A stretch of DNA of 59,811 nucleotides, taken from contig NC_068988.1 in the NCBI RefSeq assembly GCF_001194135.2, forward strand, positions 74,119,988 to 74,179,798, given 5' to 3'. Both the position numbers and the translations under genes were made by a program. Of the stretch, positions 9,917 to 22,990 are shown piece after piece. The DNA is from Octopus bimaculoides. Lineage: Eukaryota. Under the pieces are notes generated by a model. The model worked only from the letters and a program-made list of their open reading frames with translations. It was not told where the DNA came from and ran no database searches. Every line of letters begins with the position of its first letter. Within the stretch, counting starts at the first letter, position 1.

Positions 9917-10620
9917 GAAAAGCACTCAGAGAGCGCAGACCTCCGCCAAGCAGCTCATTTCCGCCCATGTACATGCATGCTGAAAATCGCCCAATTTCCC
10001 AAACCAACACTGGCAAAAACATAACCTCCTTGGTGGGGAACACAGCCATATGATTTTTTAAAAAATCCTTTAAAAACAAGAATCTAAGCCTTGGGTGAAT
10101 TTTAAAGATGGGCAATGTTGATGGAATATTTTCCACATCATACAGATGATATGGATCTCACAGTGGCGGCAGAGGGAGCAAAGCATGAGCTTTTTGAGTC
10201 AATCCCACTAGTCAAGGCTTCTCATGTCATCCTCCGCAGACCTCCACCAAGCAACTCATTTTAAGATAGATACCCGAGTAAAATTACTAATAGAGACACG
10301 AAAATAAGCTTCGGAAACAACAACGCCACCATAGATTACATGGAAACGATGAACGTGTTTTCAAGGGAGATAATCAAAGAATGTAACATTGTAATACTTC
10401 ATGTAAAGTAAACATAACAAATGAAAAATCCTTCAAGAATCCATAAAAATTCCTGGATCACTACCAAAATTTCATCATCTGTTCCTTGTGTTATTACCAA
10501 CTTTTCCTGCAAGTTTCATCAAATACCGTTCACAACTTTTTAAGTTATTTTGCACAAAGACGGACAGACGGACAAACCAACACCGATGAAAACATAACCT
10601 GCTTCCTTGGTGGAGGTAAT
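9917..10620 (+). mobile_element. Possible non-autonomous Helentron/HINE-like elements (two partial copies)
   Basis: Sub-terminal inverted motifs CCTCCGCCAAG ... CTTGGTGGAGG, ACGG/ACAG microsatellite, and the shared 3' end AAAACATAACCT. Confidence 0.4.
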
Positions 10621-11070
10621 GAGGGAGAGATGGAAGATACAAAAATTTTTTATTAATCACTACAATTGTTTTGACCCATCTCGCATTGATCCCCCATGGG
10701 TGGGATACTTAACAATTGGTTTAGTTAGTCAGTGTAGATGTGTCTCTTCAGGTGATAATTAGATACCTGTAAGGTCATACGCTGTTTATTTTGATATGAG
10801 ATCACCATGTCATGCACATGTGGTTGTGATGCATGTGCCTGGTGTGCCCTTATCAAATGGGTAGCCATAATGGGTATATTGGGCTTCATATATTTGTACC
10901 CCAGTGTCACTTTGATGGCATGCACTGCTCTCTCACTCAATAATAATAATAATAATGTGCTGAGTGTGTCCTGGCAAGTGATTGCATCAAACATGCAGAT
11001 TAAAAGTAAACAACAGTGATGATGATGATGCTGATAATAATAGGGATAATAAGGATAATAATAACAATCC

Positions 11071-11262
11071 TTTCTACTATAGGCACACGACCTGGATTTT
11101 GTGGGGATGGGGATAGTCAATCATATTGACCTCAGTACTCAACTGGTACTTAATTTATCTACCTTGAAAGGATGAAAGGCAAATTTGAACTCAGAACATA
11201 GTGACGGGTGAAATACTACTAAGCATTTCACCCGACATGCTAACGATTCTGTCAGCTTGCTG
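11071..11262 (-). mobile_element. tRNA-derived SINE, family B (also at 12470-12605 +, 17395-17480 + partial, 23784-24003 +)
   Basis: Shared core GTTCTGAGTTCAAATTC...TTTCATCC...AAATAAGTA across copies. Confidence 0.7.
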
Positions 11263-11275
11263 AATAATAATAATC

Positions 11276-11879
11276 ATCATCATCATCGTTTAACGTCCGC
11301 CTTCCATGCTAGCATGGGTTGGACGATTTGACTGAGGACTGGTGAAACCGGATGGCAACACCAGGCTCCAATCTAATTTGGCAGAGTTTCTACAGCTGGA
11401 TGCCCTTCCTAACGTCAACCACTCAGAAAGTGTAGTGGGTGCTTTTACGTGTCACCCGCACAAAAACGGCCACACTCAAAATGGTGTCTTTTATTTGCCA
11501 CCCGCACAAGAGCCAGTCCAGGGGCACTGGCAACGATCTCGCTCGGAAACCCTACAAAGGCCAGTTAGGCGGTATATATATATATAAATATATGTCTGTA
11601 CGTATTGTCGTCGTCGTTTAACGTCCGCTTTCCATGCTAGCATGGGTTGGACGATTTGACTGAGGACTGGTGAAACCAGATGGGTACACCAGGCTCCAAT
11701 CTGATTTGACAGTGTTTTTACAGCTGGATGCCCTTCCTAAAGCCAACCACTCAGAGAGTGTAGTGGGTGCTTTTACGTGTCACCCGCACGAAGGCCAGCC
11801 AGGCGGTACTGGCAAAGGCCACGCTCATTGCGCTCGAGAAACCTCATGTGTCACCTGCACAAGAGCCAGCCCAGGGGCA
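11276..11879 (-). mobile_element. Two tandem copies of an RTE-type 3' tail element (LINE 3' end or RTE-dependent SINE)
   Basis: 11276-11572 and ~11606-11879 are near-identical; GGATGCCCTTCCTAA motif; (GAT)/(GAC)n tail. Confidence 0.75.
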
Positions 11880-11979
11880 NNNNNNNNNNNNNNNNNNNNN
11901 NNNNNNNNNNNNNNNNNNNNNNNNNNNNNNNNNNNNNNNNNNNNNNNNNNNNNNNNNNNNNNNNNNNNNNNNNNNNNNN

Positions 11980-12380
11980 GTTTTTCTTTCCATTTCTTCT
12001 TGAGTATGTTTTGTAATTGTTTGTGTGATGCTTTTTGTATTTTTACCATTTCTGTTGCATTGTTGTCTAAATTTATTGTTTCAGTGTCGTCTGTTTCTGC
12101 GTTGTGTTATTGATTCCTTGTATAAAGAAAACTGTTTATTTTGGGGGTTTTTTTCCATGCTTCTTACATTTATAATTCTTCCATTCTTTGTTTTTAAGTA
12201 TTTGTCCAGTTCAACTGTTGTTATTTTGGAGAAGTTTTCTAACTTCTCTATTTGTGTCAGGTCATGCCCTCCTTGTGTGTGGGGGTCAGTATATTCTGTA
12301 TCTGGGATGGCGACTTCTATATGCTGTTAGCTTTCAATCTAATTCTTTCAGTTCACTTAAGTTCCAGTTTATTATATTGA
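11980..12380 (-). mobile_element. Possible decayed R4/Dong-type LINE fragment
   Basis: Manual translation SRHPRYRIY*PHTQGGHDL...LKKKWKEK resembles the RLYLPRxEGGRGL region. Confidence 0.35.
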
Positions 12381-12719
12381 AACTGTAGATAATGACTTGT
12401 ATAGCTAGCATATTTATACCTACAATCTTACTTCTAGTATTGAGTTCAGTTTTTAATATTAGACTAACTTAGTGTTCTGAGTTCAAATTCTGCTGAGGTC
12501 GACTTTGCTTTTCATCCCCTTGGGATTGATGAAATAAGTATCAGTTGATAACTGGAGTCAATGTAATCGACTCTTCCAAACTTGCCAAAATTTGAAATCA
12601 GTATTAGTCTAATTCTCTTTTAGTGCCTTATAATTTAACACACTCATCGGTAAAGTTTCCATTCATTTACTTATTTATTTTCCTAAATAGTTGTTGACTC
12701 TGTCCGTTATCCAAGCTCT

Positions 12720-12947
12720 GTTCTTTTGTTTGTTTGTGCGCATGTGTGGGTCAGTGTGTGTGCACATACACATGTATGCATGTGTGTATGTATGTATGTA
12801 TGTATGTATGTATGTATGTATGTATGTGTGAATGCATGTAAGTGCGTATATGTATATGTATGTGTGTGTGTGTGCGTATGTATATATGCATGTATGTGTA
12901 CTGTTGTATATATGCATTCCGCATATTCATGTATTTGAGTGTTTTTA

Positions 12948-12996
<49 letters not shown>

Positions 12997-13295
12997 ATGT
13001 GTGCATGTCTGAGTGTGTGTGTGTGTGTATGGGTTTTTGTGACTATGTACTGTGTCTGTATGAATGGATGTGTATCTGTATATGTGTGGCTGTGTGTCTC
13101 CATATGTGTCCTTGTGTGAAGTGAAGTGTGTGTATATATGGTCATATGTTTCAATCTTCATTTGCGTATGTGTGTATGTGTGCTTGTCTGTTCATATTAT
13201 TTATGTAACTATCCATCTGTATGTCTATCTGTTTACTTTCATATCCATTTGTCTACATACATGCGCATATACACATACATATATACACATGCACA
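12720..13295. repeat. Compound (TG)/(TATG) microsatellite block
   Basis: Direct reading; similar blocks at 4040-4145, 17845-18000, 19540-19760, 31090-31200, 36520-36600, 41450-41570 and 54255-54350. Confidence 0.95.
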
Positions 13296-13369
13296 CATAC
13301 ATACATCTACATAACAGCTCACTAACTATTCTACCCGTATATTAATATATACTGTGGGTATGGGGGTAT

Positions 13370-14050
13370 GATTATCTACTACGTATATTTCCTATTTAGT
13401 ACTGGGAATGTTTCATCTTTGAGGATGTACTCCTGTATTTATCTGAGGGTTGGGTCCTTTGGGTGCTTGGATAAAATGCAGATGTCAAGTTGACCCAGGT
13501 TGCCTCCATGTTGGTCCTTGGCATGTTGGTAGAGTATTGAGGACTGTTTTTTACTGTTATATTGTTTCAAATGTTCATTTAGTCTTTCCGCAATGTTCCT
13601 AGATGTCTCCCCTATGTGTGTCTTCTATAATATTCTTTCTTATATGTTGCATTTTAGCTGGTCATCCTTATTTATTGTATGTGTGGTTGCTTCTGTTGTA
13701 TTCCTTTTTTTTTACTTGGTGAGTCTTATACTTTGTGGGGAAGGTAGGTTCTGTGTAATTCTTGTTTGCTTGTTGATCAATGCTTAGTGTGGCTGAATGT
13801 TCTGTTTTATTTTCAGTGTGTTTTCTGTCTATAAGTTTATCTATTTTGATTTTTGGTACTTTAGTGTCACATAAAATAAGTCTTCACATGTTCCCTAGTT
13901 TGTTTGCTATTATATTTTTTCTTAGATCTTTTTTTCTTCTCCATAGTTCATGTCTCTTTAATGGTGCTTGTGTGTTTGATGGTGGTGAGGTGGAGAGTTT
14001 AGAGAGAATACCTCGGTTTCTAGTAGCAGCATCCTTAAGGATAAATGGAT
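13370..14050 (-). mobile_element. Decayed PLE fragment (GIY-YIG domain)
   Basis: Manual translation QLKCNI...HIGETSRNIAERLNEHLK...SILYQHAKDQH...PVLNRK. Confidence 0.6.
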
Positions 14051-14179
14051 ACACTAGTTCTCACCCGATTCTCACTTTGAGGCTTTGTAGATCAGGGCTC
14101 TCACCTGATTCTCACTTTCGGCTTCTCAGTCACACCCTGGTAACTGCTTCTGCTGGCAGGCTAAACTTAGTGAGGCACT

Positions 14180-16925
14180 GAATGCTTAGAGAGAAGATGG
14201 GCACTACCAAGCATTTTTAAGGCCCACTGAAATGTCATAAAAGACACACAATCAAGGCATAACACGCCAGATTGGCTGAGACCTACAAAACCGGTGACTG
14301 AGTTCTCCACTGCTATATCTCAGGGTAGAGGCAATCAATATGCATCTAGGATGACAACAACAGTGACACTTATGCTGTCAACCTTCAACCTCCTCAAAGA
14401 AAATATTGCCTTTGGGACATGGAACATCTGCACACTATATGCTCATGGAAGGACAAAGGAACTTATACACAAATTTGAAATGTACACCAGAGATATCCTA
14501 GGGCTGGTTAAAATCAAGTGGATGATAATAGATAAATGTCACAAACCCTGATACAGCAGGGATGACACCAAACATGAACAAAACTAAACTAGAGTAAGCT
14601 CAATCATCAACTGTGCACCAGTAACCAGCAGGCTCATCACCATACATGTGGCTGCAAGATGATAGAATATTACAATCATATAAGACCATGTTCCGGTGAG
14701 TTCTAAGAAGACCTAGAGAAAATCACCAGGGCAACTTGACCTCATTCTCACACTTCAGAAGTTCAAGTTCAGCATCAATAGGGTGAGGGCAAGGACTTTC
14801 CCTAGTGAGAATGTCAATGTGATCATGATTTGGTCCTGATGACAATGAGGCTCAAACTGAAAAGCACCTGTAAGAAAAGCGTCAGACATATTAAGTTTGA
14901 TGTAGGACAAACTGAAAGATCCCAGGGATGCAGCAGAGTTTGAGATGAAAGTGGGTGGAAGATTTGTAGTCCTTAACCTTCTAAAAGGTGATATAAACTC
15001 CCTGATTGACAACATCAAGGAAGATCTTCAGGAAATGGCTCTAGAAGTGCTGGGGAGAAGGAAAAAGAAATTATGAATCACTGATGACATGTTGGACCTA
15101 TGTGACTTAAGACAGAACATGAGGAAGACCAAGCTAATGGGTCAAGTGGCAAGTTAGCAATACAACACTATGAATAGGAAGGTTAGGAAGAAAATGAAGA
15201 AAACCAAAGAGAAAAGGATAGCAGATCAGCGTAAAATCGTCAAAGCTGAGATAAAAAAAAGGGCATTAGTAAGGTTGCTTATGAAACCCTCAAAATCCTA
15301 ACAAAAACAAAGTAACACACTATCACTGTCATTGAGGACAAAACTGGCCTGCTCCTCATGGATAAGACTGATGTTGGTAAAAGATGTTCTAAGTACTACA
15401 GAGACCTTTACAATCATAAACTCAGACATGACAGCAATATTCTGGGTATTTCCAACAACAACAGAGAACTTGGGGATATTCTAATTCTCCAGGAGGAAGT
15501 CAAAGAGACAGTGTGCATGTTCAAAGACAGAAAATCCCCAGGAGTAGATAACATGTCATCAAAGCTCCTGAAACATGGAGAGCCAAATATTGTCAAAGCA
15601 CGAGCAGTTACCTGTGAGAAGATATTGGAAATGAAGTGCTGGCCAAAAGAGTGGACCTACTCACTGAGGATACCCATATCCAAGAAAAGCAACTTAAGAC
15701 TCTGCTAGAATAATAAGTCTAATTAGCCACTCCAGCAAGGTATTGCTAAAAGTTCTACTAAAAAGACTTAAGGGACAGACAGAAGAAATCCTTGCAGAAG
15801 AATAGGCAAGATTTAAACCCAAAAGGAGTAGACATTTAACATCAGACTTCCCACTGAGAAACAATCTGACCTCTATCACAATTTATTGACACAGTGGGTT
15901 GTGAAAGATGAAGAATTCCAACCTCATTGAAGTAATCCAAGCACTGTATGGAAACTCAAACAGTGCAGTTTTGAGCAATAACATCAGAGAATTCTTCAGG
16001 ACGATAGTAAATGCTCAACAAGGATATTTTCAGTGCTTTTCAACATTTTCCTGGAGAACATCACACAAGAGACACTCCAAAACTTTTACCTCTCTGTTTC
16101 TATTGGAGAATGGCCAATCTCCAACCTGCACTTTGCTGATAGTATTAATCTGTTTGGAAGCAGTGAAGTAGAACTCTAGGAACTCACTACCAGACTGGAA
16201 AATGTATCAGGAGCATATGGGTTGGAGATCAGCCGAGAAAAGAGCAAGATTCCAGTTAATAGTAACAATCAGAACGCAGCAACCAACATCTTGCTGAACA
16301 AAGAGAAAATCGATGAAGTGGACACTTTCAAGTACCTAGGATCAACTTTGACCAAAGCTAGATCTGAAAAGGAGAATACAACAAAACTCTGCTATCATGA
16401 CAAATCTGAGCACCATATGGCAATGCAACTCCATTAGTTTTCTAACAAGACTCAAAGTTGGTGATTTTGATCCTTCTGTATGGGTGAAAGAGCTGGATAT
16501 GGAACAGCTAACATGGAATGAAGAATCCAGGCATTTGAATACAAGTGCTTCAAAAGGTTGCTTCACATTCCATATACTGAATAATAAATGTACAGCTTTG
16601 TCAGGCAGCAAGTCAACAAATACACTGCAGTCAAGAACCACTCTTTGTGCAGGTAAAAAGATGAAAGCGAAAGCTCACCTGGTACTGTCATGTATCCTAC
16701 TTCAATACCCTATCCAAAACCATCCTTCAGGGCACAGTTGAGGGAGGATGAAAGAGAGGCAGACAAAGAAAATCCAGGTTTGATGACATTAAGGATTGGA
16801 CAGGTCACAATACCGTGACCCTGCTGTGTGCACATGGCAGAGACCAGAGATCAGTGGCAATAGCTGACTGCAAAAGCATCTGGAGTGGCACCCACTGGCT
16901 GAAACAGTTAAGGAAATTTAATGAT
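14180..16925 (+). mobile_element. Near-full-length decayed RTE (BovB-like) LINE
   Basis: EN: FGTWNICTL; RT: KSPGVDN, WPKEWT, SKVLLKVLLKRL, HFADSINL, DEVDTFKYLGS; C-terminal QGTVEGG..RGRQRK. Confidence 0.88.
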
Positions 16926-18005
16926 GTATGTTTTGGGTAGAGTGTTGCACATAGCACTTCAATATAATAGTCATATATCCAATGTTCTCTGTTAATTTTG
17001 CCTTCTGTTTAGACATTGTCTGTTTAGGGTTAAATTTTTAAGCAGACAGTCTCTGAGATCTTTGAATGGAGATTCTCCCTGTTTCCTAATGGAATGAGGC
17101 TCACAAAGTTTGTCTCCATTTTTATTGTTCCATTTCATCTGAGTTTCTGATACTGATTTTTTTTCACATAGATCTCACTGAGATATCAAGCATAAGAAGA
17201 ACTATATAACATAATTTTGGGGCTTTTGTGTTGATTTTCATTCAAAAAACTTTTCCCTCAAATTTCTTGCACAGTACTCTTTCCATTTCTCTGATCTTAT
17301 TGGACTAAATTTGTTTTGGGTGGAGTGCTTGTTGAGGTATTCCATGTTGCAATTTAACCCAGTGCTAAATTCTTCTTTTTTCTCCTCTCATTCTTTTGGG
17401 GTCAATGAAATAAGTACCAATTGAACTCAGAGACTGATGTAATCAACTAGCCCCCACCCTCTCTCCCAAAATTTCAGAAAGGATTCTTATTATAGTCACC
17501 TTCATCTTTGTTGTTATTATCAGTTTTTCTTTTTCTTTGCTATGTATTAATATTAATATAGTATAGTAGTGTAGTAATATTAGAGTACTGTAGCCCTGTT
17601 TTTGTAATTATGCTTAAATTTCTTTTCTCGTGTTTTCTGTACATAAGTTGACACTACTGCACATTGAGTATTGTATGTCAGTAGAAATCTTTAAGTATAT
17701 CACTAGTTTACTTGAGTATTAAAGACCCTGGTGACATATTGAAGATAGAATCTTCAATGATTAATTTATAATTAATTTATGATATAGTTCATAAAAGCTA
17801 CAGCTAGCAGATTCCTCTTATCTGTTTAATATTCTTACAATTCCATACACACACGCACACGCACACACGCACACACGCACACACACACACATGCGCATGC
17901 ACACGCACACACACACACATGCATCCACACGCAAACGCACACACACACGCACGCGCGCACGCACAAACACACACACACAAAGGCACATACACACAGAGGC
18001 ACATA

Positions 18006-19288
18006 TCTATATATATAAAAATGAGAATGTGTGTCTGTCTGTCTGTCTGTCTGTGTGAATCCCTAAAACTCGAGAACTACGCAACCAATTTCATTCAAAT
18101 TTTACACATGCCTTACTTAGGGTTCCAATTGTGTTTTAGTCGAAAATTTTTTTAACATCTTGCAGAGTTCGAGCCCACGGCAACATAATATCTCCTCCAC
18201 TATTTAAGTATTACGTGTCAAAAGTGAAACAAAAACACTCATGTCAAATACTTTCACTTTAAAAATGAAACTATTCTACTAACTGNNNNNNNNNNNNNNN
18301 NNNNNNNNNNNNNNNNNNNNNNNNNNNNNNNNNNNNNNNNNNNNNNNNNNNNNNNNNNNNNNNNNNNNNNNNNNNNNNNNNNNNNNNNNNNNNNNNNNNN
18401 NNNNNNNNNNNNNNNNNNNNNNNNNNNNNNNNNNNNNNNNNNNNNNNNNNNNNNNNNNNNNNNNNNNNNNNNNNNNNNNNNNNNNNNNNNNNNNNNNNNN
18501 NNNNNNNNNNNNNNNNNNNNNNNNNNNNNNNNNNNNNNNNNNNNNNNNNNNNNNNNNNNNNNNNNNNNNNNNNNNNNNNNNNNNNNNNNNNNNNNNNNNN
18601 NNNNNNNNNNNNNNNNNNNNNNNNNNNNNNNNNNNNNNNNNNNNNNNNNNNNNNNNNNNNNNNNNNNNNNNNNNNNNNNNNNNNNNNNNNNNNNNNNNNN
18701 NNNNNNNNNNNNNNNNNNNNNNNNNNNNNNNNNNNNNNNNNNNNNNNNNNNNNNNNNNNNNNNNNNNNNNNNNNNNNNNNNNNNNNNNNNNNNNNNNNNN
18801 NNNNNNNNNNNNNNNNNNNNNNNNNNNNNNNNNNNNNNNNNNNNNNNNNNNNNNNNNNNNNNNNNNNNNNNNNNNNNNNNNNNNNNNNNNNNNNNNNNNN
18901 NNNNNNNNNNNNNNNNNNNNNNNNNNNNNNNNNNNNNNNNNNNNNNNNNNNNNNNNNNNNNNNNNNNNNNNNNNNNNNNNNNNNNNNNNNNNNNNNNNNN
19001 NNNCAAAGTGTTGAGTAAAATTATTTCGTTGCAGACCTCCTTTGGGTCTTTTTATTATCACTACGACACACATAGTCCCCAGTTGGTAACATTGATTTCA
19101 AGGCCCTCCTAGATGAGAGACTGGCATTCCACTTAATGTCTATGTTCCATGCTGGCATGGATTGGAGAGTTATTAATGTAGAAATATGGTATCGTAGCTA
19201 CTAACAGTTGAGGGTTGGCGTAGTCTAGACAGCGTTTTTAGATTTCATTATTCTCTTTAACCCGGGCAAAACCGGGTATTTCTGCTAG
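18006..19288 (+). mobile_element. Non-autonomous Helitron (contains an N-gap)
   Basis: 5' A|TC start (TCTATATATATAAAA) followed by a CTGT microsatellite; 3' hairpin CCCGGGCAAAACCGGG then CTAG|T at 19285-19289. Confidence 0.75.
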
Positions 19289-19539
19289 TCTTATATATAA
19301 TTAAAAAGCATTTCACATCATTCATGCCAGTGAAAGGAAAGCAAAATGACAAAGTGAGTGAGAGTGAGTAGGGGAAATGGGAAGTATGAAAACATAGAGT
19401 GAGTGAGTGGCATATCTACTTTCAGAGCAGCAGGTATTTTGATAAAAACAAAATTCCAAAATTTTGTTGTTTCCTAATAATAAATAAACAAAAAATTGAA
19501 AACAAAATACTCTAAGTGATAATGGAAGTTCAAACACAT

Positions 19540-19592
<53 letters not shown>

Positions 19593-19769
19593 TGTATGTA
19601 CACACATACACACATGCAAATGTACACACACAGAGACATACGAACATACATACAGACGTATGCACAGAAACACACATGCCCACACACAACGTAACTTCTG
19701 ATGGTGGTAGAGAATAAAATTGTTATTGTAACGCACACACACACACTCACACACATACACATAGGAAAT

Positions 19770-22700
19770 GTTGACAATTGACTAAATAATCATCAACAAA
19801 ATATCACAATGTTGCCACATAAAGTTTCACTCACAGCAGTCAAAGATAATGAGTTCAATCCAATTCTTCAAGGAGGAAAACTCTTCCAGCAATGGCCAGT
19901 AGACTCATACTTACAAATGGAAGTAAACAACCTGAATTTTATAAGAAAGATTGAAGGTGGAACTTTACATTGGTTTAGCTGACCATTTAAATAATGTAGT
20001 GCAAAATGCTGGTATTCAGGCTGGGTGCACACTTATTCTTCCATCTTCATTTCAAGGATCCCCACGAGACATGCGAGAACACTATCATAATGCAATGGCT
20101 ATAGTACATCAACATGGAACACCTGCCAAAAGAAGTTTTATAAAGAGGTTCTTCAAGAAACAACAGTAAATAATGATGGTTATCCATGCTACAGGTGATG
20201 CCAAGGAACAACAATACCGGTTGGTAACTGTGCAATTGATAATAGATATGTGGGTCCCTATAGTGAAGGTGCGTGGCTTAGTGGTTAGGGTATTTGGCTC
20301 ACAATTGTAAGGCCATCGAGTTCAATTCCTGGCGACACATTGTCCTTGAGCAAGACACTTTATCTCACATTGCTCCAGTCCATTCAGCTGGCATAAATGA
20401 GTGGTACCTGTATTTTAAAGGGCCAGGTTTGTCAATCTCTCTGTCACACTGAATCTTCATGAGAACTACATTAAGGGTACACATGTCTGTGGAGTGCTCA
20501 CTCAACAAGTGCTCAGCTACATACACATTAATTTCATGAGCAGGCTGTCCCATTGATCAGATCAACTGGAACCTCATCATTGTAACTGACAGAGTGCTAA
20601 GTTACCTATAACAAGTATCTATGTTGCCCATATAAATTTGGAAACATGTTCAACTATCAAGTCAGTGAAATACATATTCAAGTACCTATATAAAGAGTAT
20701 GATACCATTAAACTTGATATAAATGAAAGGACAATGAACAGTGAAGTTGTACATGATGAAGTCAAATGCCATCTTGATGGGAAATATGTTAGTGCCCCTG
20801 AAGTGATGTGGCAGTTACTTGAAAACAAAATGCATGACAGATCTCAAGTTATACACTTTCCAGTGGATTTTCAATAGTAAGAACCTGTCTTTTCTAGAAA
20901 AGGCAACCAAGAAAAAGCATTGGAAAGAGCCACCCATTGTAGCATTCCTTTAACAGTGTGGTTTGTCAATATGTCAATATGAAAATGCAAGACATCATCA
21001 TCATCATTGTTTAGCGTCTGTCACTTGTTATATATTGATATTCCTTACCATTTTGTATTTGATAAAAAGATGACTGTTTGAAAACCATGCAAAAGAGTGG
21101 GAGAGAAAATTATTTCAAGACTTTATTTTATAAATCCAAGAGAAGAAAGATTTCATCTGAGATTGTTATTACTACATGTTAAAGGAGCTTGCAATTTTGA
21201 TGATCTTAAGACAGTTGATGGTGTAACAGTTATCACGAAGCTGCAAATTAAAGGAACTTGCTGCAGAATGATAATGAGTGGCGGAGATGCTTGACAGAAG
21301 CAGCTGTTGCTCAGATGCCTGCACAACTGAGGCAGTTATTTGCTCTAATCTGTATTTTTAATACTCCTAATGACCCTGCAGGATTGTACTATCAATTTGA
21401 AGACAGCATCATTGAAGACCAGAACAAATGCAAGAGAAGTTACTGTGCAGATAGCATCACAAGATATAGGCTCAATTCTCTTTATACACGGTTTACACTG
21501 CCAGGACTTACATCTACCTATTGTAAACATCCAGATCATTAGAGAGAATATTGAAAATGCCAATACAAAAACTACTGCGGCTGAAAGCCACACAGCAACA
21601 CTGAATAAAAAGCTACGTGAAATATTTGAACATACTCTGACTGCTATTGAAACTGAGGATGCAGAGAACAAATTTTTCTTTTTGGATGGTCCTGGTGGCT
21701 CAGGAAGAACATACTTCTACAACACTTTGATCATTTACTTGATTTGCCATAACAAAACTGTCTTTTCTTATGCAACTACAGGAACAGCTGCAGATTTACT
21801 TATTGAAGGAAGAACAGTCCTGTTCTAATTTTTGAAAAATCATCCTCACACATAAGAATATCTTCTGAAAGTTCCACAGAAATAAAAGCTGCTGCTTTAA
21901 TAATAATTGATGAAGTCGCAATGCTTTCCAACAATGCACTTCATGCAATTGATACCCTATTGAAGGAAATCATGCATTCAAATAGGTTATTTGATGGCAA
22001 AGTTTTTCTTTTGGATGGTTATTTTTGCCAGACTGCACCAGTTATACTAAGAGACTCAAATGCTGCAATTTCAGAGTCTTGCATAAAAATTTCAAACTTG
22101 TGAAGAACTGTTAGTAAACTAAGCCTTACAGAAAATGTACACACTGAAGAACAAGAAGATTTCTCCCGGTGGTTGTTGAAAATTGGTAATGGCACACTCT
22201 ACAATGACTGTGGTTTGACTGAAAACACCATTGAGATACTGGAATACATGTTATCTTCAGAAGATATTGTAAGAGACATATTTGGAGAATCTCTTGACAT
22301 TGCAAATGAAGATCATATGGAAGATCTTGCTTCAAAGATTATTTTTACACCAACAAATAAAGATGCCTTAAAAATAAATGAATCTATTCTTACATTACTT
22401 CCTGGACAATCAAAAGAATATTTCAGTGTAGTGACAATTTCTTTAGAAGATGCAGTTTCTGTTGTTAATGTTCCAGTTGAATTTTTGAATTCTCTAACTC
22501 CGTAGGGAATGCTGCCACACAGGCTGAAACTCAAGGTTGGCTGCATTGTCATGCTATTGCATAATCTAAATCCACTGAGAGGGTTTATTCAATGGCACCC
22601 ATTTATTAGTAACGTCCATGCATGGTTTGTATATTCATGGCATGATACTAAGTGGTTAGTAAGAAAGAAGAGGAGGTGTTTATCCCTAGGATGAACCTCT

Positions 22701-22990
22701 CAGTATATGATACAAATATGCCTTTTGTAATGAACAGAAGACAATTTTCTGGAATACCTGCATTTGCTATGACCATCAACAAATCACAAGAACAATCATT
22801 TTGTCAAGTTGGTATTTATTTACCTTTTCTTGTGTTTAGTCATGAGCAGCTTTATGTTTCTTAAAGCAGGACAAAAAGCAAGGACAATCTTAAGATACTC
22901 ATAAATAATGATGGAAAACAAGGAAATCTTTACGGAAATCACAGATTTACAATGAATATTGTAATAAAAGAACTTTTGGAATGGCATTAA
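19770..22990 (+). mobile_element. Autonomous-type Helitron relic (Rep + PIF1 helicase), many frameshifts and deletions
   Basis: GKLFQQW; ILPSSFQGSPRDM; VKYIFKYLYK; FHLRLLLLHVKG; FLDGPGGSGRT; IIDEVAML; FSRWLLKIGNG; HRLKLKVGCIVMLL; FAMTINKSQ. Possible decayed CTAG end at 23420-23423. Confidence 0.92.
20263..20604 (+). mobile_element. tRNA-derived SINE, family A, inserted in the Helitron (TSD CCTATA)
   Basis: A box TGGCTTAGTGG, B box GAGTTCAATTC; CCTATA at 20257-20262 and 20605-20610. Confidence 0.85.

Noticed and set aside
12675-13345. His/Thr- and Val/Cys-rich ORFs (also near 9800, 17800, 19500, 36400, 41400, 54150)
   Set aside because: Translations of (CA)/(TG)/(GA) microsatellites with no coding evidence.
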